From assembly GCF_028641065.1 (NCBI RefSeq), contig NW_026575814.1, forward strand, positions 124,001 through 188,000: DNA of 64,000 nt, written 5' to 3'. The notes beneath the pieces are model-generated. The model was given only the letters and a program-made list of their open reading frames with translations, ran no database searches and was not told the origin of the DNA. Below, piece by piece: positions 1 through 11,832 of this stretch. Source of the stretch: Leucoraja erinacea (taxonomy: Eukaryota). The position numbers were made by a program, and so were the translations under genes. The number at the start of each line of letters is the position of its first letter. Position 1 is the stretch's first letter.

Positions 1-256
1 TAGGGGTAATATGAGGGGGAACTTCTTTACGCAGAGAGTGGTGGCGGTGTGGAATGAGCTCCCAGTGGAAGTGGTAGAGGCAGGTTCATTGGTATCATTT
101 AAAAATAAATTGGATAGGCATATGGATGAGAAGGGAATGGAGGGTTATGGTATGAGTGCAGGCAGGTGGGACTAAGGGGAAAAAAAATTTGTTCGGCATG
201 GACTTGTAGGGCCGAGATGGCCTGTTTCCGTGCTGTAATTGTTATATGGTTATATG
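1..256 (+). mobile_element. CR1-type LINE 3' end, family B (subtype B2), runs off window start
   Basis: [16 protein letters not shown] coding end, 3' UTR, (GTTATATG)n tail. Confidence 0.9.
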
Positions 257-1122
257 GAGAGGGATATGGATCAAATGCGGGCAAATGGGAATAGCTGAGA
301 TGGCTCATCTTGGTCGGCATGGCGTGGACGAATTGGGTCGAATGGTCTATTTCTGTACAGTATGATTCTAGGAAGGTTCCCAATCAGAAACGTTGCCTGT
401 CCATTCTCTCTTTGTTATTTAGACACCAGACATGTGGGTTTGTAGGTCAATTGGTGGGATAACATAGAACTAGTGTAAACGGATGATCAATGGACAGTAT
501 CGACTCGATGGGCCGAATAGCCTGTTTCCATGCTATATCTTTTAATTCAATTCAGAATATGTGGGATGAGGCTATTTGTAGTTTGTTTGTTTGTTTGTTT
601 GTCTTTTTGCAGGAGCATTTGCCACTTTTCATTTCACTGCACATCTCGTATGTGTATGTGACGAATAAACTTGACTTGACTTGAAAAGAGACACGAAAAG
701 CTGGAGTAACTCAGCGGGACAGTTAGCATCTCTGGAGAGAAGGAATGGGTGACGTTTCGGGTCAAGACCATTCTTAGCCCTAACCCTAACCCATTTCTTA
801 AAATGCTTATTTTAGAGTCAAACAGCACAGAAACAGGCCCTTCAGCCCAACTGGTCCATGCTAACCCAGATGTCCCATCTAAGTTAGTCCCACCTGCCCA
901 CATTTCGCCTATATCCCTCTAAACCTTTCCTATCATGATCACAGTGAATGGCCGTGCTGGCTCGACGGGGCGAATGGCCTCCTCCTGCACCTATTGTCTA
1001 TTGTCCATCTGTGTGTTCAGGGAGGTTGCTTTGTGCACTGCACCTGTGCTGGTGCTTATGGTGAATGGAATATTTCCTGGCCTGTTATGAAATTTTAGCT
1101 TAGTTTAGTTTATTATTGTCAC

Positions 1123-1590
1123 ATAACCATATAACAATTACAGCACGGAAACAGGCCATCTCGACCCTTCTAGTCCGTGCCGAACACATAATCTCCCCTA
1201 GTCCCATATACCTGCGCTCAGACCATAACCCTCCATTCCCTTCCCATCCATATAACTATCCAATTTATTTTTAAATGATAAAAACGAACCTGCCTCCACC
1301 ACCTTCACTGGAAGCTCATTCCACACAGCTACCACTCTCTGAGTAAAGAAGTTCCCCCTCATGTTACCCCTAAACTTCAGTCCCTTAATTCTCAAGTCAT
1401 GTCCCCTTGTTTGAATCTTCCCTACTCTCAGTGGGAAAAGCTTTTCCACGTCAACTCTGTCTATCCCTCTCATCATTTTAAAAACCTCTATCAAGTCCCC
1501 CCTTAACCTTCTGCGCTCCAAAGAATAAAGCCCTAACTTGTTCAACCTTTCTCTGTAACTTAGTTGCTGAAACCCAGGCAACATTCTAGT
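1123..1590 (-). mobile_element. CR1 LINE 3' fragment, family B1
   Basis: ORF 1198-1584 ([17 protein letters not shown]...) plus tail. Confidence 0.92.
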
Positions 1591-1652
1591 ACCGAGGTAC
1601 AGTGAAAAGTTATGTTTGCATGCTATCCAATCAAAGTAAAGAATATTACTTT

Positions 1653-2706
1653 GGACGGCATGGCTTCACAGCAGTAGACTTGCTTGTCTTACAGCGCCAG
1701 AGACCCGGGTTGGACCCTGAGCACGGGTGCTGCCAGTCCATAGAAACATAGAAATTAGGTGCAGGAGTAGGCCATTCGGCCCTTCGAGGCTGCACCGCCA
1801 TTCAATATGATCATGGCTGATCATCCAACTCAGTATCCCGTACCTGCCTTCTCTCCATACCCCCTGATCCCCATCTAACTCCCTCTTAAATATGAACTGG
1901 CCTCAACTACCCTCTGTGGCAGAGAGTTCCAGAGATTCACCACTCTCTGCGTGAAAAAAGTTCTTCTCATCTCGGTTTTAAAGGATTTTCCCCTTTATCC
2001 TTAAGGTGTGACCCCTTGTCCTGGACTTCCCTAACATCGGGAACAATCTTCCTGCATCTAGCCTGTCCAACCCCTTAAGAATTTTGTAAGTTTCTATAAG
2101 ATCCCCTCTCAGTCTCCTAAATTCTAGAGAGTATAAACCAAGTCTATCCAGTCTTTCTTCATAATACAGTCCTGACATCCCAGGAATCAGTCTGGTGAAC
2201 CGTCTCTGCACTCCCTCTATGGCAATAATGTCCTTCCTCAGATTTGGAGACCAAAACTGTACGCAATACTCCAGGTGTGGTCTCACCAAGACCCTGTACA
2301 ACTGCAGTAGAACCTCTCTGCTCCTATACTCAAATCCTTTTGCAATGAAAGCTAACATACCATTCGCTTTCTTTACTGCCTGCTGCACCTGCATGCCTAC
2401 CTTCAATGACTGGTGTGCCATGACACCCAGGTCTCACTGCATCTCCCCCTTTCCCAATCGGCCACCATTTAGATAATATGGTGTTCCAGAGTTTGTACGT
2501 TCTCTCCGTGACCTGTGTGGGCTTACTCCGGGTGCTCTGGTTTCCTCCCGCCCTCCAAAGACGTATAGGTTTGTGGGCCAATTGGCTTGGTAAAATTGTA
2601 CATTTCCCTTGTATGTGTAGGGTGGTGTTAGTGCTTATCGGCACGGACTTATTGGGCCAAAGGGCATGTTTCCGTCCTGCATCTCCGAACTAAACTAAAC
2701 TAAACT
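1653..2706 (+). mobile_element. tRNA-derived SINE (HE1/V-SINE-like), split by a CR1 insertion at 1740-2476
   Basis: tRNA-like head with B-box-like GGGTTGGACCC, central GAGTTTGTACGTTCTC...GGTTTCCTCCC domain, (CTAAA)n tail. Confidence 0.75.
1740..2476 (-). mobile_element. CR1 LINE 3' fragment, family A
   Basis: ORF 1978-2421 ([15 protein letters not shown]); (CTATGTTT)n tail. Confidence 0.92.
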
Positions 2707-2769
2707 ACACATGGATACATTCAAACAATCCACAGTGCATAGATAAGGACAGTGTACTCGAATTGGGGT

Positions 2770-2908
2770 GGAAGTGAAACCCGTTGATACAGATGGGCAG
2801 TGTGAACATTATTGTGAAATGCTGACCCTTGCCAGGCAGCTGATTTCTCATCCTCTGTAAGGAAATGAAATCAAGGTTTCAAAAAAAGAAAAATGTGTAT
2901 TGTGCAAT
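2770..2908 (+). promoter_or_regulatory. Candidate immune enhancer: two Ets-IRF composite (EICE) motifs plus C/EBP-like sites
   Basis: GGAAGTGAAA (2770-2779) and GGAAATGAAA (2861-2870) both match GGAAnnGAAA. ATTGTGAAAT (2811-2820) and ATTGTGCAAT (2899-2908) are C/EBP-like. All lie in a short non-repeat island. Confidence 0.4.
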
Positions 2909-3238
2909 TTCCATATATGCCCTCATTGTGCAGAGGAGGCCATTTGGCCCATCTACTAGCTACTCCAGCAACCTGTGTGAAATTTAAAAAAAAAGCACGG
3001 TGAATGCTGGATACACTGAAGAAAGGTCACAACCTTGGGCAGGGACCTACAAAGTGAAGGGTTGGGCTCTGGGGAGAGTTGTAGAGCAGAGGGGTCAATG
3101 AGTGCAGTCACATACTTCCTCACTGATGGCCTTCATCAGTCAGGGTTTTGAGCACAGAGGTTGTGATGTTACGTTACAGCTGTACAAGGCACAAGTGCCG
3201 TATTATGTTCAGTTTTGCTCATCCTTTTGTGTGCAAAA

Positions 3239-4114
3239 TAGAAACATAGAAACATAGAAATTAGGTGCAGGAGTAGGCCATTCGGCCCTTCGAGCCTGCA
3301 CCGCCATTCAATATGATCATGGCTGATCACCCAACTCAGTATCCCGTACCTGCCTTCTCTCCATACCCCCTCATCCCCTTAGCCACAAGGGCCACATCTA
3401 ACTCCCTCTTAAATATAGCCAATGAACTGGCCTCAACTACCCTCTGTGGCAGAGAATTCCAGAGATTCACCACTCTCTGTGTGAAAAAAGTTCTTCTCAT
3501 CTCGGTTTTAAAGGATTTCCCCTTTATCCTTAAGCTGTGACCCCTTGTCCTGGACTTCCCCATCATCGGGAACAATCTTCCTGCATCTAGCCTGTCCAAC
3601 CCCATAAGAATTTTGTAAGTTTCTATAAGATCCCCTCTCAATCTCCTAAATTCTAGAGAGTATAAACCAAGCCTATCCAGTCTTTCTTCATAAGACAGTC
3701 CTGACATCCCAGGAATCAGTCTGGTGAACCGTCTCTGCACTCCCTCCATGGCAATAATGTCCTTCCTCAGATTTGGAGACCAAAACTGTACGCAATACTC
3801 CAGGTGTGGTCTCACCAAGACCCTGTACAACTGCAGTAGAACCTCCCTGCTCCTATACTCAAATCCTTTTGCAATGAAAGCTAACATACCATTCGCTTTC
3901 TTTACTGCCTGCTGCACCTGCATGCCTACCTTCAATGACTGGTGTACCATGACACCCAGGTCTCGCTGCATCTCCCCCTTTCCCAATCGAGGCCACCATT
4001 TAGATAATAGTCTGCTTTCCTGTTTTTGCCACCAAAATGGATAACCTCACATTTATCCACATTATACTGCATCTGCCAAACATTTGCCCACTCACCCAGC
4101 CTATCCAAGTCACC
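3239..4114 (-). mobile_element. CR1 LINE 3' fragment, family A
   Basis: ORF 3336-3986; (CTATGTTT)n tail. Confidence 0.92.
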
Positions 4115-4280
4115 AATAAAATGTTAGTTTATTTAGAGATAGAGTATGGAAATGGATCCTTCAGACCACACTGAGTTCCCTGGCGCTCTAAACCTGCTGC
4201 CGGCCCAGTTTGTACAGCTTCTTTAACAAGGGGTGTTAGTGATAGTGGGGCACAGAAAGCAAACAAGTGGAGGTGGGTTT

Positions 4281-4915
4281 TTAAGAAGGAACTGCAGATG
4301 CTGGAAAATCAAAGGTACACAAAAATGCTGGAGAAACTCGGCGGGTGCAGCAGCATCTATGGAGCGAAGGAAATAGGCAACGTTTCGGGCCGAAACCCTT
4401 CTTCAGACTGATGGGGGTAGAAGAAAGGAAAAAGGAGGAGGAGGAGCCCGAGGGCTGAGGAAGGGGAGGAGACAGCAAGGGCTAACAAAATTGGGAGAAT
4501 TCAATGTTCATGCCCCCGGGATGCAGACTCCCCAAGCGGAATATGAGGTGCTGTTCCTCCAATTGCTGGTGTTGCTCGCCCTGGCCATGGAGGAGACCCA
4601 GGACAGAGAGGTCGGATGGGGAATGGGAGGGGGAGTTGAAGTGCTGAGCCACCGGAAGGTCAGGCAGGTTCTTCAGGGCCAAGCGGAGATGTTCGGCGAA
4701 ACGATCGCCCAGCCTCCGCTTGGTCTCACCGATGTAGATCAGCTGACATCTAGAGCAGCGGATGCAGTAGATGAGGTTGGAGGAGATGCAGGTGAACCTC
4801 TGTCGCACCTGGAACGACTGCTTGGGTCCTTGAATGTAGTCGAGGGGGGATGTAAAGGGACAAGTGTTGCATCTCTTGCGGTTGCAAGGGAAAGTGCCCG
4901 GGGAGGGAGTCGTTT
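4281..4915 (-). mobile_element. Penelope-like element 3' fragment (GIY-YIG endonuclease C-terminus and terminal region)
   Basis: ORF 4482-4808 FTCISSNLIYCIRCSRCQLIYIGETKRRLGDRFAEH is a GIY-YIG motif; it is followed by a hammerhead-like core. Confidence 0.9.
4379..4406 (-). ncRNA. Minimal hammerhead ribozyme-like core in Penelope terminal region
   Basis: Minus strand reads CTGAAGA-AGGGTTTCGGCCC-GAAA-CGTT; stem I pairing is weak. Confidence 0.5.
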
Positions 4916-5104
4916 TCCGAGGGGAGGTGGGTGTTTATTCTGGGATGGTGTCTGCAGGTTGGAGGTGCGATCATTCTGCCAGAGGAGGTAGTTGATGCAG
5001 GAACAACAACAACATATAAAAGGCATTTGGATAGGAACGTTGGTGAGACCACATTTAGAGTATTGTGTTCAGTTCCGGGCACCATGTTATAGGAAAGTAT
5101 AGAA

Positions 5105-5713
5105 GTTGAGTATAGAAGTTGGGATGTAATGCTAAAATTGTACAAGGCATTGGTGAGGCCAATTCTGGAGTATGGTGTACAATTTTGGTCGCCTAATTAT
5201 AGGAAGGATGTCTACCAAAATAGAGAGAGTACAGAGGAGATTTACTAGAATGTTGCTTGGGTTTCAGCAACTAAGTTACAGAGAAAGGTTGAATAAGTTA
5301 GATCTTTATTCTTTGGAGCGCAGAAGGTTAAGGGGGGACTTGATAGAGGTTTTTAAAATAATGAGAGGGATAGACAGAGTTGACGTGGAAAAGCTTTTCC
5401 CACTGAGAGTAGGGAAGATTCAAACAAGGGGACATGACTTGAGAATTAAGGGACTGAAGTTTAGGGGTAACATGAGGGGGAACTTCTTTACTCAGAGAGT
5501 GGTGGCTGTGTGGAATGAGCTTCCAGTGAAGGTGGTGGAGGCAGGTTCATTTTTATCATTTAAAAATAAATTGGATAGTTATATGGACGGGAAGGGAATG
5601 GAAGGTTATGGTCTGAGCGCAGGTGTATGGGACTAGGGGAGAATACGTGTTCGGCACGGACTAGAAGGGTCGAGATGGCCTGTTTCCGTGCTGTAATTGT
5701 TATATGGTTATAT
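5105..5713 (+). mobile_element. CR1 LINE 3' fragment, family B1, inserted in an older CR1 (4975-5980)
   Basis: ORF 5172-5636 plus tail; the flanks encode older CR1 RT (ORF 5761-5943). Confidence 0.9.
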
Positions 5714-6157
5714 GAAAAGATATTGTCAAGCTTGAAAGGGTTCAGAGCAGATTTACGAGGATGTTGCCAGGACTAGAGGGCCTGAGCTATAGGGAGTGGT
5801 TGAGTAGGCTGGGTCTCTATTCCTTGGAGGGCAGGAGGATGAGGGGTGATCTTATAGAGGTGTACAAAATCATGAGGGGAGTAGATCAGGTAGATGCACA
5901 GTCTCTTGCCCAGAGTAGGGGAATCGAGGACCAGAGGACTTAGGTTCGAGGTGAAGGGGAAAAGATTTAATAGGAAACTGTAAAGAAGTGATAGCGACAC
6001 ACTGTAACTTTACTTCATTTTATTCATACTGTATCTTATACAAAGTGCACTAGCTGTACGTGGTCTGTCACGGAAACTAGAGAGCGATATGTGGGTGGGG
6101 AGGTTGTAATTGTACTTGTGATATGGGGAGTGGTTAGTAGTGATGAGGTAACTATAT

Positions 6158-6630
6158 TTTTACTAGAATGTTGCCTGGGTTTCAGCAACTAAGTTACAGA
6201 GAAAGGTTGAACAAGTTAGGGCTTTATTCTTTGGAGCGCAGAAGGTTAAGGGGGGACTTGATAGAGGTTTTTAAAATGATGAGAGGGATAGACAGAGTTG
6301 ACGTGGAAAAGCTTTTCCCACTGAGAGTAGGGAAGATTCAAACAAGGGGACATGACATGAGAATTAAGGGACTGAAGTTTAGGGGTAACATGAGGGGGAA
6401 CTTCTTTACTCAGAGAGTGGTAGCTGTGTGGAACGAGCTTCCAGTGAAGGTGGTGGAGGCAGGTTCGTTTTTATCATTTAAAAATAAATTGGATAGTTAT
6501 ATGGATGGGAAGGGAATGGAGGGTTATGGTCTGAGCGCAGGTATATGGGACTAGGGGAGATTATGTGTTCGGCACGGACTAGAAGGGTCGAGATGGCCTG
6601 TTTCCGTGCTGTAATTGTTATATGGTTATA
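6158..6630 (+). mobile_element. CR1 LINE 3' fragment, family B1
   Basis: ORF 6168-6554 plus tail. Confidence 0.92.
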
Positions 6631-6917
6631 TTAAATCACATGCATATCTCATCTACAGAAACTGAGGAATAACCTTTTCACACAAAGGGTGGTGGGTGGA
6701 TGGAACAAGCTGCCAGAGGTAGTTGAGGCTGGGACTATCCCAATATTTAAGAAACAGTTAGACAGGTACATGGATAGGACAAATTTGGAAGGATATGGGC
6801 CAAGCGCAGGTAGGTGGGACTAGTGTAGCTGGGACATGCTGGCCGGCGTGGGTGAGTTGGGCCGAAGGGCCTGTTTCCACACTGTATCACTCAATGACAA
6901 TGAAAGGTTTGTTAGGA

Positions 6918-7449
6918 TATGGTCGCCCAATTATAGGAAGGATGTCAACAAAATAGAGAGAGTACAGAGGAGATTTACTAGAATGTTGCCTGGGTTTCAA
7001 CAACTAAGTTACAGAGATAGGTTGAATAAGTTAGGTCTTTATTCTCTGGAGCGCAGAAGGTTAAGGGGGGACCTGATAGAGGTCTTTAAAATGATGAGAG
7101 GGATAGACAGAGTTGATGTGGACAAGCTTTTCCCTTTGAGAATAGGGAAGATTCAAACAAGAGGACATGACTTCAGAATTAAGGGACAGAAGTTTAGGGG
7201 TAATATGAGGGGGAACGTCTTTACGCAGAGAGTGGTAGCGGTGTGGAATGAGCTTCCAGTGGAAGTGGTGGAGGCAGGTTCATTGGTATCATTTTAAAAT
7301 AAATTGGATAGGCATATGGATGAGAAGGGAATGGAGGGTTATGGTACGAGTGCAGGCAGGTGGGACTAAGGGGAAAAAAATTTGTTCGGCATGGACTTGT
7401 AGGGCCGAGATGGCCTGTTTCCGTGCTGTAATTGTTATATGGTTATATG
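6918..7449 (+). mobile_element. CR1 LINE 3' fragment, family B2
   Basis: ORF 6836-7297 C-terminal part plus tail. Confidence 0.92.
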
Positions 7450-7890
7450 GGCCAAACGCGGGCAGGTGGGACTATTGTAAAAGGGGAACCTTGGTCAGCA
7501 TGAGCAGGCTGGGCAGCCATCATTATCACAGACATCCCGCCCGATCAAACCTTTCATATCCTCCTTCTCCCAGCTCACATCTGGCAGAAGGTACAGAAGT
7601 TTGAAAGCGCGCACCACCAGACTCAGGAACAGCTTCGTCCCCTCTGTTATCAGGTTTCTGAGCGGTCCTTCCATAAGCTAGGGTACTGTCCGATTCACCA
7701 TTACCACGTTGCATACGTTCAACTTTGTTCATGGAACTGTTACACTTACAAGAGAGTCAAGAGAGTTTTATTGTCACGTGTCCCAGATAGGACAATGAAG
7801 TTCTTGCTTGTCAACGCCAAGAACTAAAGATAGACCATTCTTGCCAACATTTGGCCTATCAGGGAACCACCCTGCCTGAGGGTCCATATG

Positions 7891-8128
7891 TTTAAGAAGG
7901 AACTGCAGATGCTGGAAAATAGAAGATAGACAAAAGTGCTGGAGGAACTTAGCGGGTGCAGCAGCATCTATGGAGCGAAGGAAATAGGCAACGTTTCGGG
8001 CTAAAACCCTTCTTCAGACTCCCGCTGAAGTTCAACGTCTGAAAAAGGGTTTCGGCCCGAAACGTTGCCTATTTCCTTCGCTCCATAGATGCTGCTGCAC
8101 CCGCTGAGTTTCTCCAGCATTTTTGTCA
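7891..8128. repeat. Head-to-head inverted pair of Penelope terminal sequences (~90-bp arms)
   Basis: 7929-8019 is the near reverse complement of 8038-8128. Confidence 0.85.
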
Positions 8129-8349
8129 ACCTGAGGTTATATATTGCCACCCCTGATTTGTCCTGGTGTTTTCTTGCTTCCAGTCCCCCCCCCCCCACTA
8201 CCTTACAATCAGTCTAAAGAAGGGTTCCGATCTGAAACATCACAATCCATTTTCTCCAGAGATGCTCCCTGATCTGCTGAGTTACTCCAGCAATTTTCTG
8301 TCTATCTTTGGTATAAACCAGCATTTGCAGTTCCTTTTTATTACATCAA

Positions 8350-8580
8350 TGCCTTGCAGCGCCAGAGACTGACTACGGGTGTTGTCTGTACGGAGTTTGT
8401 ATGTTCTCCCTGAAACCACGTGGGCTTTTTTCGGGTGCTTTGTCAGTTAATTGACTTCTGGTAAAATTGAAAATTGTCCCTAGCATGTAGGATACTGCGA
8501 GTGTATGGGGTGATTGCTGGCCGGCGCAGACACACTGGGCCGAAGGGCCTGTTTCCTAAAAGGGCTATATCTCTAAAATG
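8350..8580 (+). mobile_element. HE1/V-SINE-like SINE, degenerate
   Basis: CAGCGCCAGAGAC head, GGAGTTTGTATGTTCTCCC core, GGGCCGAAGGGCCTGTTTC tail. Confidence 0.7.
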
Positions 8581-8846
8581 TAAAGCATATTTTCTGCATT
8601 TTCCCCAATGCTCTATCTATTGTGCTCAACTTGAATTAATTTTATTTATGTATAGTATGTCTGTTCTGTTTGCATTGCATACAAAACAAAACTTGTTGCT
8701 GTACCTTGGTACACGGGACGCTGATAAATCTATACCCTAACCTATTCCATCAGGCTCTGGGGGTTTAGTTTAGTTTAGAGATACAGCGTAGAAACAGGCC
8801 CTTCGGGGCACCGAGTCCGCACCGACCAGCGATTCCCCGCACATTA

Positions 8847-9750
8847 ACCATATAACCATATAACAATTACAGCACGGAAACAGGCCATCTCGGCCCTACA
8901 AGTCCGTGCCGAACACATATTCTCCCCTAGTCCCATATACCTGTGCTCAGACCATAACCCTCCATTCCTTTCCCGTCCATATAACTATCCAATTTATTTT
9001 TAAATGATAAAAACGAACCTGCCTCCACCACCTTCACTGGAAGCTCATTCCACACAGCCACCACTCTCTGAGTAAAGAAGTTCCCCCTTATGTTACCGCT
9101 AAACTTCTGTCCCTTAATTCTCAAGTCATGTCCTCTTGTTTGAATCTTCCCTCCTCTCAGTGGGAAAAGATTATACACATCAACTCTGTCTATCCCTCTC
9201 ATCATTTTAAAGACCTCTATCAAGTCCCCCCTTAACCTTCTGCGCTCCAAAGAATAAAGACCTAACTTGTTCAACCTTTCTCTGTAACTTAGTTGCTGAA
9301 ACCCAGGCAACATTCTAGTAAATCTCCTCTGTACTCTCTCTATTTTGTTGACATCCTTCCTATAATTAAGCGACCAAAATTGTACACCATACTCCAGAAT
9401 TGGCCTCACCAATGCCTTGTAAAATGACATCCCAACTCAATGCTCTGATTTATAAAGGCCAGCACACCAAAAGCTTTCTTTACCACCCTATCTACATGAG
9501 ATTCCACCTTCAGGAAACTGTGCACAGTTATTCCTAGATCCCTCTGTTCAACTGCATTCCTCAATTCACTACCATTTACCATGTACGTCCTATTTTGATT
9601 TGTCCTGCCAAGATGTAGCACCTCACACTTATCAGCATTAAACTCCATCTGCCATCTTTCAGCCCACTTCCAAATGGCCTAAATCTCTCTGTAGACTTTG
9701 AAAATCTACTTCATTATCCACAACACCACCTATCTTAGTATCATCTGCAT
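8847..9750 (-). mobile_element. CR1 LINE 3' fragment, family B (intermediate subtype)
   Basis: ORFs 8927-9430 and 9406-9648. Confidence 0.92.
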
Positions 9751-10626
9751 ATATCCCTGATTGTGCCACCTGATTTTGTACACTTACATGGACATCGAAG
9801 GCCCGTCCACAAACAGAACAGACAGGATCATATAACAGTTAAACATATCTCAGAGAAAAATGCTGACCCCGAAAGACTAGACGAGGCTTTGGTCTAGAAG
9901 TGGCCCAGGCGATCAATGTCACATTCAGAAACAGAGTCAGAGGAATTCATTCACATCTTTCACACACACCACCAAGGTTAAAACCACCACAAACAAACAA
10001 AATATTGACTTTCTGGATGGACACCACTGGTTTCAACTTGGCATTAGAAAATGGTGGCCACAAACTAGCTCCCAAAGTCTTTTTACAGACCAACATTGTT
10101 TGAGCACCACAGATCACTGTCCAAAATACACTTTCAGTGATATTAAGACTACCCTACACACATTAGGGATCATTTTATATTTATACCAAGTCAATTAACC
10201 TACAAACCTGTCCATCTTTGGATGGTGGGAGGAAACCGAGAATATCGGAGAAACCCCACGCAGGTCACGGGGTGAACGTACAAATTCCGTACAGCCAGGA
10301 TCGAACCTGGGTCTCTGGGGCTGTAAAAGCCCTGTCCCACAGTACGAGTTCATTCCAAGAGCTCTCCCGAGTTTAAAAAAATTCAAACTCGCGGTAAGCA
10401 CGGAGAATGAACGTAGCGGGTACGTCGGAGCTCGGGGACGTCTCTTAGCGGCTCGTAACGCTAACGGCAGGTACTCGGGATGACTCGCTAACGGCAGATA
10501 AGCACGGGAAGACTCGTGGAGATTTTAAAACACGTTGAAAAATGTCCACGAGAGCCCCGAGTACCGACGAGTGGCCATTACTGTAAATCTCCGAGATCGA
10601 ATCAGGGCAAACTCGGGAGAGCTCTT

Positions 10627-11675
10627 AGAAACATAGAAACATAGAAAATAGGTGCAGGAGTAGGCCATTCGGGCCTGCACCGCCATTCAATATGATCATG
10701 GCTGATCATCCAAATCAATATCCCATACCTGCCTTCTCTCCATACCCCCTGATCCCTTTAGCCACAAGGGCCACATCTAACTCTTTCTTAAATATAGCCA
10801 ATGAACTGTGGCCTCAACTACCTTCTGTGGCAGAGAATTCCACAGATTCACCACTCTCTGTGTAAAAAATGATTTTCTCATCTCGGTCCTAAAAGATTTC
10901 CCTCTTAATCTTAAACTGTGTGACTCCTTGTTCTGGACCCATGATCGGGAATAATCTTCCTGCATCTAGCCTGTCCAACCCCTTAATAATTTTGTAAGTT
11001 TTTATAGAGAGAGTACAGAGGAGATTTACTAGAATGTTGCCTGGGTTTCAGCAACTAAGTTACAGAGAAAGGTTGAACAAGTTAGGGCTTTATTCTTTGG
11101 AGTGCAGAAGGTTAAGGGGGGATTTGATAGAGGTTTTTAAAATGATGAGAGGGATAGACAGAGTTGACGTGGAAAAGCTTTTCCCACTGAGAGTAGGGAA
11201 GATTCAAACAAGGGGACATGACATGAGAATTAAGGGACTGAAGTTTAGGGGTAACATGAGGGGGAACTTCTTTACTCAGAGAGTGGTGGCTGTGTGGAAT
11301 GAGCTTCCAGTGAAGGTGGTGGAGGCAGGTTCGTTTTTATCATTTAAAAATAAATATGGATGGGAAGGGAATGGAGGGTTATGGTCTGAGCGCAGGTATA
11401 TGGGACTAGGGGAGATTATGTGTTCGGCACGGACTAGAAGGGTCGAGATGGCCTGTTTCCGTGCTGTAATTGTTATAAGATTCCCCCTCAATCTTCTAAA
11501 TTCTAGCGAGTACAAGCCGAGTCTATCCAGTCTTTCTTCATATGAAAGTTCTGACATCCCAGGAATCAGTCTGGTGAACCTTCTCTGTACTCACTCTATG
11601 GCAAGAATGTCTTTCCTCAGATTAGGAGAGCAAAACTGTACTTGGGACTGTACTTTCCTCAGATTAGGAGACCAA
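10627..11675 (-). mobile_element. CR1 family A fragment (AGCTCTT TSD), itself split by CR1-B1 at 11003-11477
   Basis: Family A tail at 10627; AGCTCTT at 10620-10626 and 11676-11682. Confidence 0.85.
11003..11477 (+). mobile_element. CR1 LINE 3' fragment, family B1
   Basis: N-terminal part of ORF 11034-11702. Confidence 0.9.
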
Positions 11676-11832
11676 AGCTCTTGGAATGAACTCGCACCGT
11701 GAGACAGGGCTTTAAGGCAGTAGCTCTACCGCTATGCCACCGTGAAGCCCTTGAGCTGATGGGTATTCTCTGGGCATTCGGCCTTTTCGTTTGGTCTGCT
11801 TCTAACACTCTCCCATTGTCTCCTTTGATCAG

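Larger units (their letters stand above)
10327..11712. mobile_element. PIF/Harbinger-like MITE inserted in a SINE; its right TIR is interrupted by CR1
   Basis: TIRs AAGCCCTGTCCCACAGTACGAGTTCATTCCAAGAGCTCTCCCGAGTTT / AAACTCGGGAGAGCTCTT..GGAATGAACTCGCACCGTGAGACAGGGCTT; TAA TSD at 10324-10326 and 11713-11715. Confidence 0.8.

Noticed and set aside
778-792. Telomeric (CCCTAA)n
   Set aside because: Only about two units.
1005-1090. Possible leader exon ending TATG|GTGAAT
   Set aside because: No in-frame ATG, poor hydrophobic core, weak donor.
3313-3540. Recurrent ORFs [11 protein letters not shown]... and [11 protein letters not shown]...
   Set aside because: Antisense shadows of CR1 family A; they recur only because the element does.
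11759-11832. MGILWAFGLFVWSAS... signal-peptide-like ORF just before alpha1
   Set aside because: Out of frame with alpha1, with no usable intron. It overlaps the branch point and polypyrimidine tract, which explains the hydrophobicity.
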